DNA from: Rebecca billardiae RCC1528
Taxonomy: Eukaryota > Protista > Haptophyta
Reading direction: 5' to 3'
Assembly: GCA_965240325.2 (NCBI GenBank)
Contig: OZ251223.1
Coordinates: forward strand, 3,596,001-3,660,000
Length of the DNA: 64,000 nt
This document shows, piece by piece, positions 10,825 through 23,495 of the stretch (position 1 is its first letter; each line of letters starts with the position of its first letter). A program made the translations under genes and the position numbers. Under the pieces are notes generated by a model, which was not told the origin of the DNA, ran no database searches, and saw only the letters and a list, made by a program, of their open reading frames with translations.

Positions 10825-12699
10825 CCGGGTGTGTCGCCGCGCGCGGAGGAGGACTCGACGCCGCTGGCGAAGAAGGACTCGCACCTGGCGATGCTGGCGC
10901 GGGGGCAGACGGAGCGTGACTTCCTGCGCGCGAAGGAGCTCGCCGCCGCCGCGCTCGCCGAGGAGCACGACGCCATCGCCCGCGCTCTCGCCGAGGAGAA
11001 GGCGGCATCTGAGGCAGAGGCGCGCGAGGTGCACGACGCGATCGCCGCGGCCAAGGCGGTCGCGCTCGAGCAGGGGCACCTGGTGAAGCGCACGGCGGCG
11101 GAGGAGGAGACGCGCGCGGAGCGGAGGGAGCGCGCGAGCTCGGCGAAGAACGCGCCGCCGCCGCACTACGCCGCGCCCACCGCCAACGCCAAGCGTCGCG
11201 GCTCGTCCGCGAGCACGCTCCGCGCGTCTGTCAAGGCGGCGGCGCGCAGCTACGCAGACGCGGACGGCGGCGGAGGCGGCTCGGCGCCCGGCTCGGCGGG
11301 CGGGACGGGGGGCGGCTCGCGCGGCGGCACGGCGAGCTCGCACCACGCCTCCGCCCTCCACGCAGCCACCCCGCCGGGCACCGCCGGCGCCGCGGCCATG
11401 GGCGCGGGCGCCGAGGGCGCGGGCGCGGCGTGCGCGCCGGGCTCGCGCGGCGGCATCCTGTCGCAGGGCTCGTCGCGGGAGCGGCGCAGTCGGTCGCAGT
11501 CGCGCGGCGTGTGCTTCTCCGACACCTCCGGCACCGGCGGCTTCTCCACGCCCGCCACCGGCTACGCCGGCAGCTCCATCGGGCTCGGCGGCGGCTCCGT
11601 CTCCGAGGACGGCGGCGGCTTTGGCGGCGGCGCCGACGCGCACGCGGCCGAGCGCGGCGGCGCGCCGCCGGGCAACGGCTTCCTCTCGCCACGCTCGGCG
11701 CAGCTGCAGAGCGCGGGCAGCGCCGGCGGGAGCGACGCGCTTGGCATGGGCGTCGCCTACCCGCCGCACGCGGGCCTGCCGCCGGGCGCGTACGCACCGC
11801 CCGACGTGCTCTCGCCTGTGCGCGCGGCGCACGCCAGGCAAGGGCCGCGCTCGTCGCCGACGCAGCTGCCGCCGCTTGCGGCGAGCGGCGAGCACCCGAC
11901 CGCGCCGCCGCTGCGCACGCTCGCGCCGCCGCCGGTCTCCGGCGCGTGGCAGCCGCCGCCCCGCGCGCCGCGGCCGCTGCTCGCGCCGCGGCCCGAGCCG
12001 ACGGGCGCCATGCGCCCGACAGAGGCCTCGCGGCACGCGGCGCGTCTGCTGCCAAGCGTGCGCGCCACGCGCGACGCGCGCTCGCGCCAGGAGGCGGCAG
12101 GGCCGTCGGCGCCGCCGGCCGGCGCCGAGCCCGTCTTGCTGGGCGCGTACGCGCCGGGGCCGCAGGAGCGGGCGGTGCTGCGCGGCGCGCTCCCGCCGCC
12201 GCCGCGGCGCGGCCGCGTGCGCGCGCAGCCTCCGGGCCGGCCCGCGCCCACCACCCGGCCCGCGGCCGCCACCGCCTCCACAACCTACTCGCAGCCCGAG
12301 CGACACGCGCTCGCGCGCGCGCACCCGTTCCAGGTGCGCAGCCGCCGCCGCGCGCGCGACCGCGTGCCCCACGGCCCGCCCGCGCGCGAGCCAGAGACCG
12401 ACGCATCTCGCGCGCGCGCGCTCGGCTCACGCCCCGCCGCCGCCCGGCCGCGCGCCGCCCCCGCCCGGCCCTGCCCGCGCGCGCTGCAGCTGCCGGATGA
12501 CCTGGAGCAAGCCCTCGCGTACAACAGGGAGAGGCACCGGCTGCTGGGCGACATGGGGCTGCTGCCCGCCGCGAGCACGAGGCTCAAGCGCGGGGGCCCG
12601 CTCCCGGGCGCGCTGCCGCCGAGCGGGCCGATGTCGCTGCAGGCCATGCCCCCGCTGATGCGCTCGGACGGGCTGCCGTTCGACATGGGGGCGCGCTGA
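8248..12699 (+). CDS. Armadillo-repeat plus multi-IQ-motif protein with Ala/Glu-rich helical repeats; probable in-frame intron 12334-12489
   Basis: ARM-like units (ALSIITNLA...LVRQHGGLALLLALL; AATGALTNL). IQ-like motifs AASMLQAVVRGWLAR, ATIVGRHYRGFEARR, IDVIQHFWR, AAVRLQHRAR. High GC3. Confidence 0.75.
9810..10262 (+). repeat. Coding tandem repeats: 24-bp (EAEAAAQR/EAEAAARR) and 21-bp (AEADAAA) arrays
   Basis: Seen directly in the sequence and its translation. Confidence 0.85.
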
Positions 12700-13014
12700 C
12701 GATCAATCATGGCGGCTCGTGCCTCTACAGTATATATATATATGACTACTAAGCGAAGCTACTGTATATACCGGATCAGATGACAGACGAACTAGCTAGC
12801 GCAGCGCCGTACTGAGGCAAGACGAAGCCGATACGGCCCCGCCAACGTGAACGGCGCGTCCGGACAGCTGTGCCATCCGCCGCCGTATATCCAGCTATAT
12901 CCTTTTCGGCCAAACCCGCGCGTCGTCGTCACACTCGACCACTCGTCACTACTGTGTCTACTGTCTACTCTCTGTCAGCATCGCCCAGCAGCCTGCCGCC
13001 CAGGCAGCGTCTGA

Positions 13015-16000
13015 TCAAATGTCGATTGTCCTCGGCTGCGCCGACTGTGCGCCTGACGTCGCTGACAGCTGGCCTGACGATGCGTCATCATCGGCATCAC
13101 CACCCTCTGTCTCCTCGTCGGGCAAGTCAAAGTTGGCCTCCATGAGCGCCTCCAGCGGCCGCGCCACCGCGGCCTGCAGCTGCAGCAGCGCATTCACCTG
13201 CACGCACGCGCGCGGGGTGTGCGCGCGTCAGCATCCCGGCGCGCGCGCTCAGCAAGGCGCCGCCAGTGCAGTGATGGCGCGGGGCGTAGCGCGTGCGCGC
13301 ACTCGCTGCTGCAGGTCGTGCGTCTGGTGGAAGGCAAAGTCGCGGAACTGCTCGTGCCACTGCTGCACGGTCGGCTGCACCGTGTTGATCAGGTGCCAGC
13401 GGCGCGGCTGGTGGCCCTGCGCAAACTCGCGGATGGCCGCCCAGAAGTCCGGCTTCTGCTCGGAGATGACCTCGCCCTTCTCGCGCTCGAGGGAGATGGC
13501 GGCGTCGACGAGCTTGCGCGCATGGCGCGTGTCCTGCACCTGCCCGAGCACCCACCGCTTGAGCTCCCGCACCGTGGGCAGGTACTTCTTCTGCTCCTCG
13601 ACCTCGAGCACGTCCTTCATGAAGCGCACCTCCTCCGCGTCGTCCGAGCTCACGCCCCCGTCCGGGACCTGGTGCGAGCCGAGCTTGGCGCCGCGCGTCG
13701 TGAGCAGCGTGCGCACGATCGGCTGCTCCTCGCCCTGCTCGCGCATCGCGTCGTCGAGCGGCGTGTTCCCGTACCTGCGCGCCCGCCGCGCGCAGCGCGC
13801 GCGCGTGAGCGCGAGCGCGCGGCCGCGGGAGGGGAGGGAGGGACTCACCGGAGGGCGGGCGCGCGCGCGCGCACCGGTCCTCGACGTTCGGGTTGATGTT
13901 GGGCAGCTCGAGCAGGAAGTGCGTGGCGTGCACGCGCGCGTTGGACGTCGCGAGGTGCAGCGCGGTGCGCGCGTCGTAGTCCCCCGCGTTCACGTCGCAG
14001 TGGTGGTCGATCAGCCGCTGCAGCGTGGCCACGTCGTTGCGCGCGGCCGCGGCGCAGAACTGCACCGCCGCGTCGAACTCGCCCATGTTGGCGCTGTGCC
14101 GCAGCAGCAGCTCGGAGATCTCGGCGTGCCGGCCGTGGAAGGCCTCCTGCAGCGGCGTCGAGCCGCGCCGGTCCTGCGCGTTCACGTCCGCCGCGTGCTG
14201 GATCAGCAGCCGCGCCGCCTCGACGTTGCCCTCGGCGGCGGCGAGGTGGAGGGCCGTGCGCTTGCCGTGGTTGGCTGTGTTCACGTCGGTCGGGTCGAAC
14301 GCGACGAGGTAGCGCAGCTCCTCGAGCGAGCCGCGGCGCGCCGCGACGGCGCAGAGCAGGTCGGCGATGTGCGGGTACATGCGCTGCGCGCCGTGCGCGA
14401 GCAGCACGCGCGCCGCCGCGTCCTGCCGGTGCGTGAGCGCGTCATGCAGCGGCGTGGTGCCGTTGCGGTCGACCACGCTCACGTCCGCGCCCGAGAAGAT
14501 GAGCACCTCCATCACCTCGACGTGCCCCGCGCACGCGGCGACGTGGAGCGGGCGGCGGCGGTCGTAGTCGCCGGCGTTCACGTCGATGTCGCGCGTGCTC
14601 AGCAGGTGGCGCACCTTGTCCAGCTCGCCCTTCGCGCACGCGCCGCACAGCTGCACGGTTGCGAGGTCGGAGCGCTTCTTCTTGGCGTTGGCGATGATCT
14701 GCGCCGTGAGGCGCGGCGCGCGGTCGTGAGCGCGGCGTGGCGGAGGCGGGCGGCGCGGCGTGAGCGCATCACACGGCGGGGCATGCACGTTGCCGCGGGC
14801 CGCGCCGCTCGCGCGCAGCGCCAGCGCCACGCCGCCCGGCGCAGGCGCGCGCCACCGTCGTCCGCCGACCGCGGAGGCCGGCCGGCCGCGCGGAGCGCCT
14901 GCTGCCGCGCGGAGCGCCTGCTGCCGCGCGGAGCGCCGCACCTTCTGGATCGTGCCGAGCTCCTCGAGGTGCGCGGTCTTGGCGGACTTGGCGGACCTGC
15001 CCGCGACGGAGTGGAGGTCGTCAAAGTCGATCATCGACTGGCCCGCCGAGCTGCGCCGCGCGAGCGAGCGGCGGGAGGAGGCCTTCGACTTGGCCGAGCG
15101 CGCGCTCATGAAGCCTGCGCACGCGCGCGCGGGCGCGCGGCGCCGGGCGCGCGCGAGAAGAGGGGTGCGGAGCGAGCGGAGGTGGCGGGTGAGGCGCGCC
15201 GGGCGCACGCGCGGCGCGGCGGCGGGCGTCGGCGCAGCAGCCCCCGGTGCACCGTGCGTCGGGCGCGGCTGCCCGCCGAGCGCTGCGCACGCGCCCTCCC
15301 CGCTTGCGCTTGCGCTCGCACGCGCGCGATGCGTGTACGCGCGCGCACCTCCGCCTCCGCCGCCCGAGTGTATTTGCATCGCGTTGTCCATCAGCACGTC
15401 CTCCTGCTGCGGGAACGACTTGAGCAGCACCTTGTACCGCTCGGCGGTGAGCGCGAACAGCTTCGTCTCCTGCGCGTGCGTCGAGCGCGCGTTGCTCACG
15501 TGGCGCATCCCAAAGACGAACGGCAGCTCGCCGAGCGTCTCGCCCGCGGACACGGTCTCGGCGCCGTCCGCCTCCTCCTCCTCGCCCTCGTCGTACACCT
15601 CGACCATGCCGGACTCGAGGATGAAGAGCTCCTTGCACACCTCGGTCACGCGGAAGAGGATCGTCTCGGGCTCGACCGTGCGCTCGCGCAGCAGCGACGA
15701 GAGCCGGTCGACGAAGCCGTCGGAGCAGTTCTTGAAGAGAGGGCAGTCGCCCACGAGCGCGCGGTTGGTGACGCGCGAGACCTCGATCTGCAGCGCGATC
15801 GGCATCTGCGCGTAGATCTGCTCGTCCGCGACGGCGGAGAGCGACGCGTCGCGCAGCCGCGCGTGGAAGAAGGCCTCGATCTGCGCGCGCAGCGAGGACG
15901 GCACCTTCACGTGGTTGAGATAAACCTGCACGAGCTCGAGCTGGGCGCGCTTGGTGACGATCTCGTCGTCCTGCCGCATCACGAGCGCCGAGATCTTGCC

Positions 16001-19000
16001 GACCGCAAACGCGTAGACCGTGAAGTTGAGGAGCATGAGGAAGAGCTGGAAGCCGATCTCGAAGTAGTTGGCGGGCATCTGGCCCGAGCCGAGCGTCGTG
16101 ATCGCCGAGATCACAAAGTACATCGACACTACGTACCGGTGCGCGAGGATCGCCTCGGGCGAGACGACCGACGGGTCGAGGTCGTCCGCGGAGGTGCCGC
16201 CGACCGCGGCGACGTGATCGTTGAACTGCTGCGGCCACGCGTACCCGCCCGCCAGCTCGGGCAGCGCCGAGTAGCCGTGCACGTTGAAGAGGCACGCGCA
16301 CACGTGCGAGGTGAGCAGGATGATCCCGTTGTACTGCACCAGCCCGGTGAGCAGGTTGTCGTCCGCCTTGGTGCGCTCAAAGTGGCGGTACGCGCGCAGC
16401 ACGTACCGCGCGTTCACCAGCTTGAGCAGCCGCAGCGCGACCACCACCAGCCCGCGCACGCCGAGCGCGAGCGCGAGCAGGTCGTTGGGCCACGCGGCCA
16501 GCGCGTCGAGCGTGAAGTCGGTGGCGAGGTAGTTGCGCCGGATCTCGGCGGGCGCGTACACCGTCACCGACTTGGAGTTCTGGAAGGAGGTGGCGAAGCG
16601 CAGCGCGATGCGCGCGATGTAGTACGCGTCGACCGCGTAGTTGATCGGCCACACCCACGCCAGCCGCTCCACCTCCGCGGCGAAGCACAGGTGCACGGGC
16701 ATCTGCAGGAGGTCCCACACCACCAGCGCGATGAAGAAGCGGTCGGCCAGCCGGTACGCGAGCGACGTGTGCGACACCACCCACCACGGGTGCTCCGCGC
16801 CGCCGCCGCCGCCGTCGGCCGAGCGCGGCGACGTGCCGGCCGTGCTGCCGCGGTGCTCGAGCGCGCGCCGCAGCCCGGCGAGCAGCCGGTTCGTCAGCCG
16901 CGCCTCGACGGCCGCGCGCACGCGCGCGTCCACCGCCTGCTTCTGCAGCTGGCGCACCGCGTCGGACAGCGCCTTCGCAAGCGCCTCCCACGTGGTGCCC
17001 GCGGCGGCGGAGGGGTCGGGCTTGGCGGCGGCCGATGGCGCCGACTTGGCGGGCGGCTCGCCCCTCGCGGCGGCCGCGGCCTTGAACGAGTGGCCAGAGG
17101 AGCCCTCCAACGCCTCGCGCGAGTTGCGCGGTCCGCCGTCTGTCTTGGACGTCACCGCAGCTCCATCCTCCGGCGACGCGATCTTGTTCTCACCCGACGC
17201 GTACGACCCCGCGTACGACCCACGACGCGGCTTGGCCGGCGAGCTCGTCTCCTGCGGCGCGCTCGGCTCGGGCGGCGCGCTCTCGCCGCTCAGCCTGATG
17301 CCGCCGCCCAGCCTCTTCTCGTACCAGCCGGCCAGGTCGGACGGGGTGGCCGCGGCGGCGGCGGGCACGGTCGCGGCGACGATGGCGGCGAGCTCGGGCG
17401 GCGTCACGGCCTTCTTGGCCTGCAGCCGCCCGGACTCGATGCGCGAGGTGATCGCGTTCCCCACCATCGCCAGCGCGTCCGCAGTGCCGAGCACGCGCGT
17501 CAGCTGGGCGTCCGCGTCGTCGGCTGCCGCCATGGCCTCCGCCTTGGTCGGGCTGCCGGCTGCGCCCTTGGCGCCGCCGGGTGGCGGCACGGCGCTGCCG
17601 AGCGCGGTGTCCTTCGCGCCGATCTTGAGCAGCGGCACGCCCACCGTCACCGCGCCCGCCGGGCTGCCCGGCACGCCCGGCGCGCCGCCGGCCTCGCCGA
17701 GCTCGGCCATCTCTGCCGCCTCCTCCTCCGCGGTCGAGAGGATCCACGCGGCCGCGCCCACGTAGAACTGCGACGGGCTGAGCTGCTTGGGCCGCGCGGT
17801 GACCTGGGGCATGCGCGACACGGCCTTCTGGTGCGCGCTGTCCTCCTCCGCCGCGCCGCCACCCTCGTCGCCGCCGCCGCCGCCGCCGGCAGCGGCGCCG
17901 CCCTTCTGCTTGTCCGCGGCACCGCTGAGCGCCGCCGCGGCGTCGAGGAGGTGGCCGACGAGCGAGCGAATCTCCGAGCCGCCGAGCTCGCCGAGCGTGC
18001 CCTGCAGCGCGCGCACGTCCCTGAAGCGGATCACGCCGCGCCGCTGCCCGTCGAACACCTCGTACAGCTGCTCGAGCACGTGCACCGACTCGACGAGGGC
18101 GATCGGGTGGTTGAGGGCCTGCCGCGACGCCGCGTCCGTCGCCGAGGTCAACGACTGGTCGCTGGCGCCGCTCTGCCCCCTCGCCACTCCGGGGACCGGC
18201 ACGCGGAGGGTGTCGGTGCTCCGCTCGGCGCACGACGGCTCGTTCTCGGGCACGATCCGCACGCCGTTTGCCGGCCCTCCGCGCCGGCTGCGGTCCAGAA
18301 TCATCGTGGCCTCGCCGGTGAGTGTGGGCGGCGTGCAAGCGCGCGGGCCGGCGCCGGTGCCGTCGGGCGCGGCGAGCATCGCCGCCACCGCCTCGCCGCC
18401 CGCCGAGGAGTGCGGGCTCGTCCCCGTCACGCGCGATGGGCCACGGATGTGGCTGATACGGCTCAGGCGGCTCAGGCGGCTGGTGCGCAGCATGCTGCCC
18501 AGGTTGTCCACGGCGAGCCGGTTGCGTGCGTACCGCCCGCGCCGAGCGGCGTCGATCGCAGCGTCCTCGTCCTCGCCGTCTGCAGGGCCGCCGCCGACGG
18601 CCGGTTGACTCGCCGCCGCGTCCAGCTCATTCGCATCCATCGTGCGGCGCATGCGGATCGGAGAGCGCAGCGCGCCCGCCCACATCGAGCCGCCGTCTCC
18701 GCGCTGGCTCTTGTGGGAGGCGGCCGTGCGCGTACCCTGGTTGGCGCGCGCCTCACGCCCCGTGGCCGCGGTCACGAGCGAGCGCACAAAGGTGGACGAG
18801 AAGAAGAGCGTGCCATACCCGATCTCCGAGATGAAGAGCGGCGTGACGGCCGGCTCAGAAGGCGCGGCAGCTGCGCCTTCAGCCGCGTCGCCGCCGTGCG
18901 AGCTGCCGCGCGCGTGCCCCGCTCGCCGCGGCGGGTCGCGCCCGCCCGATCTGGGCGAGGTTGTGCTCCGGCGCTGCGAGCGGATCATGTGGCTGTCGCC

Positions 19001-22000
19001 GCTGCCGCGGCGCGCGCCCGAGGGGCGTTGGCCCGGGCTATCGCCGTGGCCGCGCTGCGCGACGATCGGGTTGCCTGCGCCCGCGACGGTGCTGCCGCGG
19101 TGCACGGACCTCAGCTCGGGCGAGAGCGAGCGCGAGCCTCCTGCCACGGAGGAGCGCTTGCCGCCGCCCAGCTTTGAGCTCGTCCGCGACGAGTCTCTGC
19201 CAGGGGCTCCCAGTGCCTCGTCGCCGGGGTCCCTGCTGCGACGGGCGGCCGAGTTCCTCTTCTGCCCGGCTGCAATCCCGCCCCACTCGAAGTTCCCGCT
19301 GAGCGCGCCCGGCTCGTGGCTCCCGCGGCCGGAGCGGCCGCGCCGGATGCCAGTCTCCGCGCCCCCCTCGTCCGAATCGTCGCTGTCCGACTCGTCCATC
19401 CCACTCCGCGGCGCTGCGGGCCCGAGCAGCGCCTTGAGGTCTCGGTAGATCTCGAGCACCGCCTGCGCCGCGACGGTCTGCTCGAAGCCGCAGTCTGAGA
19501 CGAGCACATTGCGCAACGCCTCCTCCTCCTGCACCCGCCGCAGGTCTGCGCGCAGGTGCGCGCGCGCGGCGGGCGAGAGCTTGCGCTCGAACGCGAGCTT
19601 GAGCATCGTCAGCCCCGCCTCCGCCTTGGGCAGCCGCAGCACCAGCCGCAGGAACGTCGACTTGGCCACCTCGCGGCTCGCGACGCGCCCGTCGCCGCCA
19701 GCTGAGGTGCGGCGATTCTTGGCGCCAGAGCCGATCGGCCCGCCGCTCAACGGCGTCACCAGGCCAGCGACGCTGCTCACGCTCGCCCCCGGGCCGCCGC
19801 CGTCGGACACGGGCGCGTCGCACGCCGCGAGCGCGACGGTCCCGCCACCGCCAAAGCTGCTACCGCCGTCGTTGCCACCCACGTAGCCGTTCTGCCCGTT
19901 GAAGCTGCCGCCTTCGCTGAGGACCTCGTCGAGCGAACGGCAGGCTCCGCCGGGCGCGGCGCGGCCAAAGCTGCTCCCGCCGCCGGGCTCGGCGCGGCCT
20001 AAGCTGCTCCCGTCGACCTGCCGCTTGCTGTACGACTTGTCCTGCTCGTCGTCGAAGAAGGAGGCGTCGCCCTCGCCGTCCTTCGAGTCGTCCCCGTCGT
20101 CCTCGAGGTCGAGCGAGTCCTGCGACGAGCCGTCGTCGTCGGAGTCGTCCAGCGCGTACGCGTGGATCCAGCCGTCGATCGAGCGCTCGAGCTGGCCAAA
20201 CAGCCGCGTCTGCAAGTTGAGCAGCTCGGTCACGCCGCGCACGAGCCCCTTGAGCTCGAGCTCGAGCTGCCGCCGCGCGCCCTGCTTGGCGGTAATCACC
20301 TGCATCCGCCGCTCCGTGCGCACGTGCAGCTTCTCCAGCGAACTGCGCATCGAGATGTTGCCGGACGCCACATAGAGCGCGTGCGTCACCTTGTCGTCCT
20401 TGAAGCGCTCGGGCAGCTCTGCCGACGCCTGCTGCACGAGCAGCCCCGCCACCTCGATGTTGTGCTGCAGCGCGTCGATGAGCGCGGAGCAGCCCCAGCG
20501 GTCCTCCGACGAGACGTCCGCCATCGCACTCACCAGGCAGTGCGTCGTCGAGATCGAGCCCGCGCACACAGCCAGGTGGAGAGGCGTGCGCGCGTCGTAG
20601 TCGCCCGCGTGGAAGGGCGCGCCCGCGTCGATCAGGAAGCGCGTGAGCTCGACGTCGCCCTCGGAGGCGGCGATGCACAGCCGGTCGAAGACGGTCTCGG
20701 GGTTGGCGCGCGCGCCGCGCTGCACGAGCAGCTGCGAGACCAGCTTGTGCCCGTTGCTCAGCGCGTCGTCGATCGGCTTGTTGCCCCAGCGGTCTCGCAG
20801 GTTGACGTCTGCCAGCGAGGAGACCAGGTACTCGACCAGCCGCATGTTGCCGTCGGCCGAGGCGAGGTGCAGCGCGGAGCGGCCGTCGTAGTCGGCGGTA
20901 TTGATCTCGATGCCGTGCGCGAGCAGCGCCTGCACGTGCTTCACCGAGCCGTCCGCCACCGCCTCGAGCAGCAGCGCGGCGGGGCGCTCGAGCTGCAGCT
21001 CGGCGCCGTGCCGCTTGAGCGCGTCCGCGACCTCGTCGTGGTGCGAGACGACCGCCTCGCGGATCGGCGCGTGGCCCCAGCGGTCCTCGAGGTTGGGGTT
21101 GGCGCCGAGCTCGCACAGCAGCTCGACGACCTTGGCGTTGCCCTCCGCCGCGGCGAGGTGCAGCGTCGTGCGCTTGTCGTAGTTCCCCGCGTTCACGTCG
21201 AGCCCCTTGGCGGCGAGCGCGCGCACCGTCTCAACGTCGCCGATCGAGGCGGCGTAGCTCATCTGCGTGATCGCCTCCTCGTTGCGCACGGTGATCGCCT
21301 GCTGGATGAGCGTGCGGAGCTCGTCGAACTCCTCCTGCTCGTCCTCGGAGAGCGCGCCCGCGCCGCCCGCGCCCGCGCCCGCGCCCGCGTCCAGCGCGTT
21401 CCCCTGCTGGTCGAGCCCAAACTTGCGCAGCAGGTTGAAGGTGATCAGGTCCGCCTGCTCGGGGTAGGATGCGATCGTGTCGTCGTAGTCTGTGCCCGCG
21501 AGCACGAGCAGCGTCACGTCGCCGGCGGCGGTGGCGCTCACGGTGAAGGGCTGCTGGATGCCGAGGAAGAAGCCGAGCTCGCCGACCACCTGCCCGTCGC
21601 CGAGGTCCGAGCGGATCGTCGCGGAGTGCGAGTCGCCCTTCTTGACGTGCAGCGAGCCGTTGGTCAGCCAGAGCAGCTCCCTCGAGCCCTCGCCCTTGTT
21701 GAAGAGCACCTCGAGCGGCATCACGTACCGCTCCTTGAGCACGATCACGATCTGGTTGAGGAACTGCGGGTTGCACCCGTAGAAGACCCACGCGCCCTGC
21801 ACGTGGCGCGAGTGCCGCGCCGACGCCACCTTCACCTTGAGCGAGAGCGGCATCTGGTCGAAGATCGTCTCGGTCGCGCTCGAGCGCTTGGCGTGCTGGA
21901 ACTCAAAGTGCGCGCGGATCTTGCGCGAGATCGACGAGGGCAGGTTGCGCTTCGAGCAGTACTCGTCGACGGCGCGGAGCAGCTCCTTGAAGTACGCCGT

Positions 22001-23068
22001 GTTCTCGTCCACGCGCACGAGGTAGTGGAAGAGCGTGCCGAGCACGAACGCGTAGAAGACGATCTGGATCAGGCAGATCAGGATGGCGAAGGCGATCTCG
22101 TTCGTCTTGGTGAACGTGGCCGTGCCGTACCCGAGCGCGGTCACGCCCGCCCACGCGAGGTACGCGGCCATCAGGTAGCGCTGCGCGTCGGTCGAGTCGT
22201 GCGGGTCGAAGTGCGGGTTGCCCGTCAGCAGCTCGAACTGCGCGCTCCAGCTCGGCAGCTCGAGCTGCGCGCCTGTCGAGTGCTCGGAGATCAGCCACCA
22301 CGCGCACGCCACCCAGTGCGGCACGCTGAAGAGGAAGATCGAGAACTTGTACACGGCGAGGAAGGTGACGTTGGTCGTGAGGTCGCCGTTGAGCTGCTGC
22401 ACGTACAGCACGAGGTCGTGCGCGCGGCCGCAGCGCACGAGCTGGCCCAGGTACCACACCCAGGGCCACCCCGCCGCCATGAAGACCACGCGCCCCAGGT
22501 GCAGCACGAGGATCGTCAGCAGGTCGCGCGCCATCCGGCGGCGCGAGTACACGCCGCCGCCGCCTCCGCCGGCGGCGGAGGCGGCGGCGGCGGAGCCGCC
22601 GGTCTTGCCCGACTTGCCCTGCTCGCGCAGCCGCTGGTCGTGCGCCAGCTCCTGGTACACGCACGCGAGCTCGAAGCAGTCGGCGAAGACGTCGACGACG
22701 ATCACGGCGGGCGACCAGAGGAGCGTGCGCGGGAACGCGGCGCGCATGGGGATGGCAAAGAGCTCGTACGTGAGGAGGGGCAGGCGCATCAGCTTGTACA
22801 GAGCCACCCACTTGGCGCGGAGCTCGTTCTCCGCGTCGCGCTGCCGCTGCTCCACGTCGGCGTCCAATGTCTCCTCGAGCCCGCCGATCAGGCCGGGCAG
22901 CCACGTGACGCGCAGGTGGCGGCGCGCGCCATGGTGGGCACCCCGGTGGGCACGGAGGATGCCGCCCGGCGCGCCGCCGCCCGATGACGCGCCCGGCTTG
23001 CCCCGCCGGTCGCCGCAGCACCGCCAAGGGCACCACGACCACGCGCGCACGTCGCCGTTATCCACCAT
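13015..23068 (-). CDS. Tandem two-module cyclic-nucleotide-binding/ankyrin (Shaker AKT/SKOR-like) cation channel, ~3123 aa; introns 15348-15115, 14941-14699, 13874-13775, 13302-13198
   Basis: Module 1 has TM segments, pore TALGYG, C-linker, cNBD (VVGELGFF) and ankyrins (DYDKRTTLHLAAAEG). A long linker contains an EF-hand-like FDGQRRGVIRFRD. Module 2 has S4 LRLLKLVNAR, pore TTLGSG, cNBD (TLGELPFVFG) and ankyrins. The spliced length (9372 nt) is a multiple of 3. Confidence 0.9.
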
Positions 23069-23495
23069 CCCCCCTTCTCAGCAGAAGGGGCGGCTCATCG
23101 GCGTTGTAAACGCGTGCCTTGTCGACCCACGACGAACCTGATGAGCATTATCATAATTGTGCCGATGAATAACTCGAACGATAATATCATCGTGGTGTTG
23201 AGCAGGAGATAATATGAGTAAAAGCTTCTGATGACCAATGAGGTTGCCTGTCTTGACGAAGCGGTTTCGAATCGTCGCATATGCCGCGAAGGTTCTGAAT
23301 TCCGGGTCGAATAAGGTTCTGTGGATCCCTCTTACGTGAAATGATTGCTGACAGATAGATCGCGCCATTATTCGGATGATGAATACTAATGACGCGCGAA
23401 CAATACGCACGACACTACCTGATGATGAATCCTAACCAATGGCGGGTCGTAAGTATTTTAAAAGTAAAGCTTCATTATGCGGCGAATATTATTTT

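Noticed and set aside
13019-19177. 2052-aa plus-strand ORF, and similar long ORFs 4279-6273, 8956-12372, 20162-22987, 30852-32858, 52014-55505, 57891-59612
   Set aside because: These are antisense shadows of real genes. Extreme GC3 removes stop codons, and the translations are Arg/Ala/Gly-rich with no motifs.
23078-23410. 110-aa ORF in an AT-rich stretch
   Set aside because: Codon usage is unlike genuine genes here; more likely the channel promoter or the sulfotransferase 3' region.
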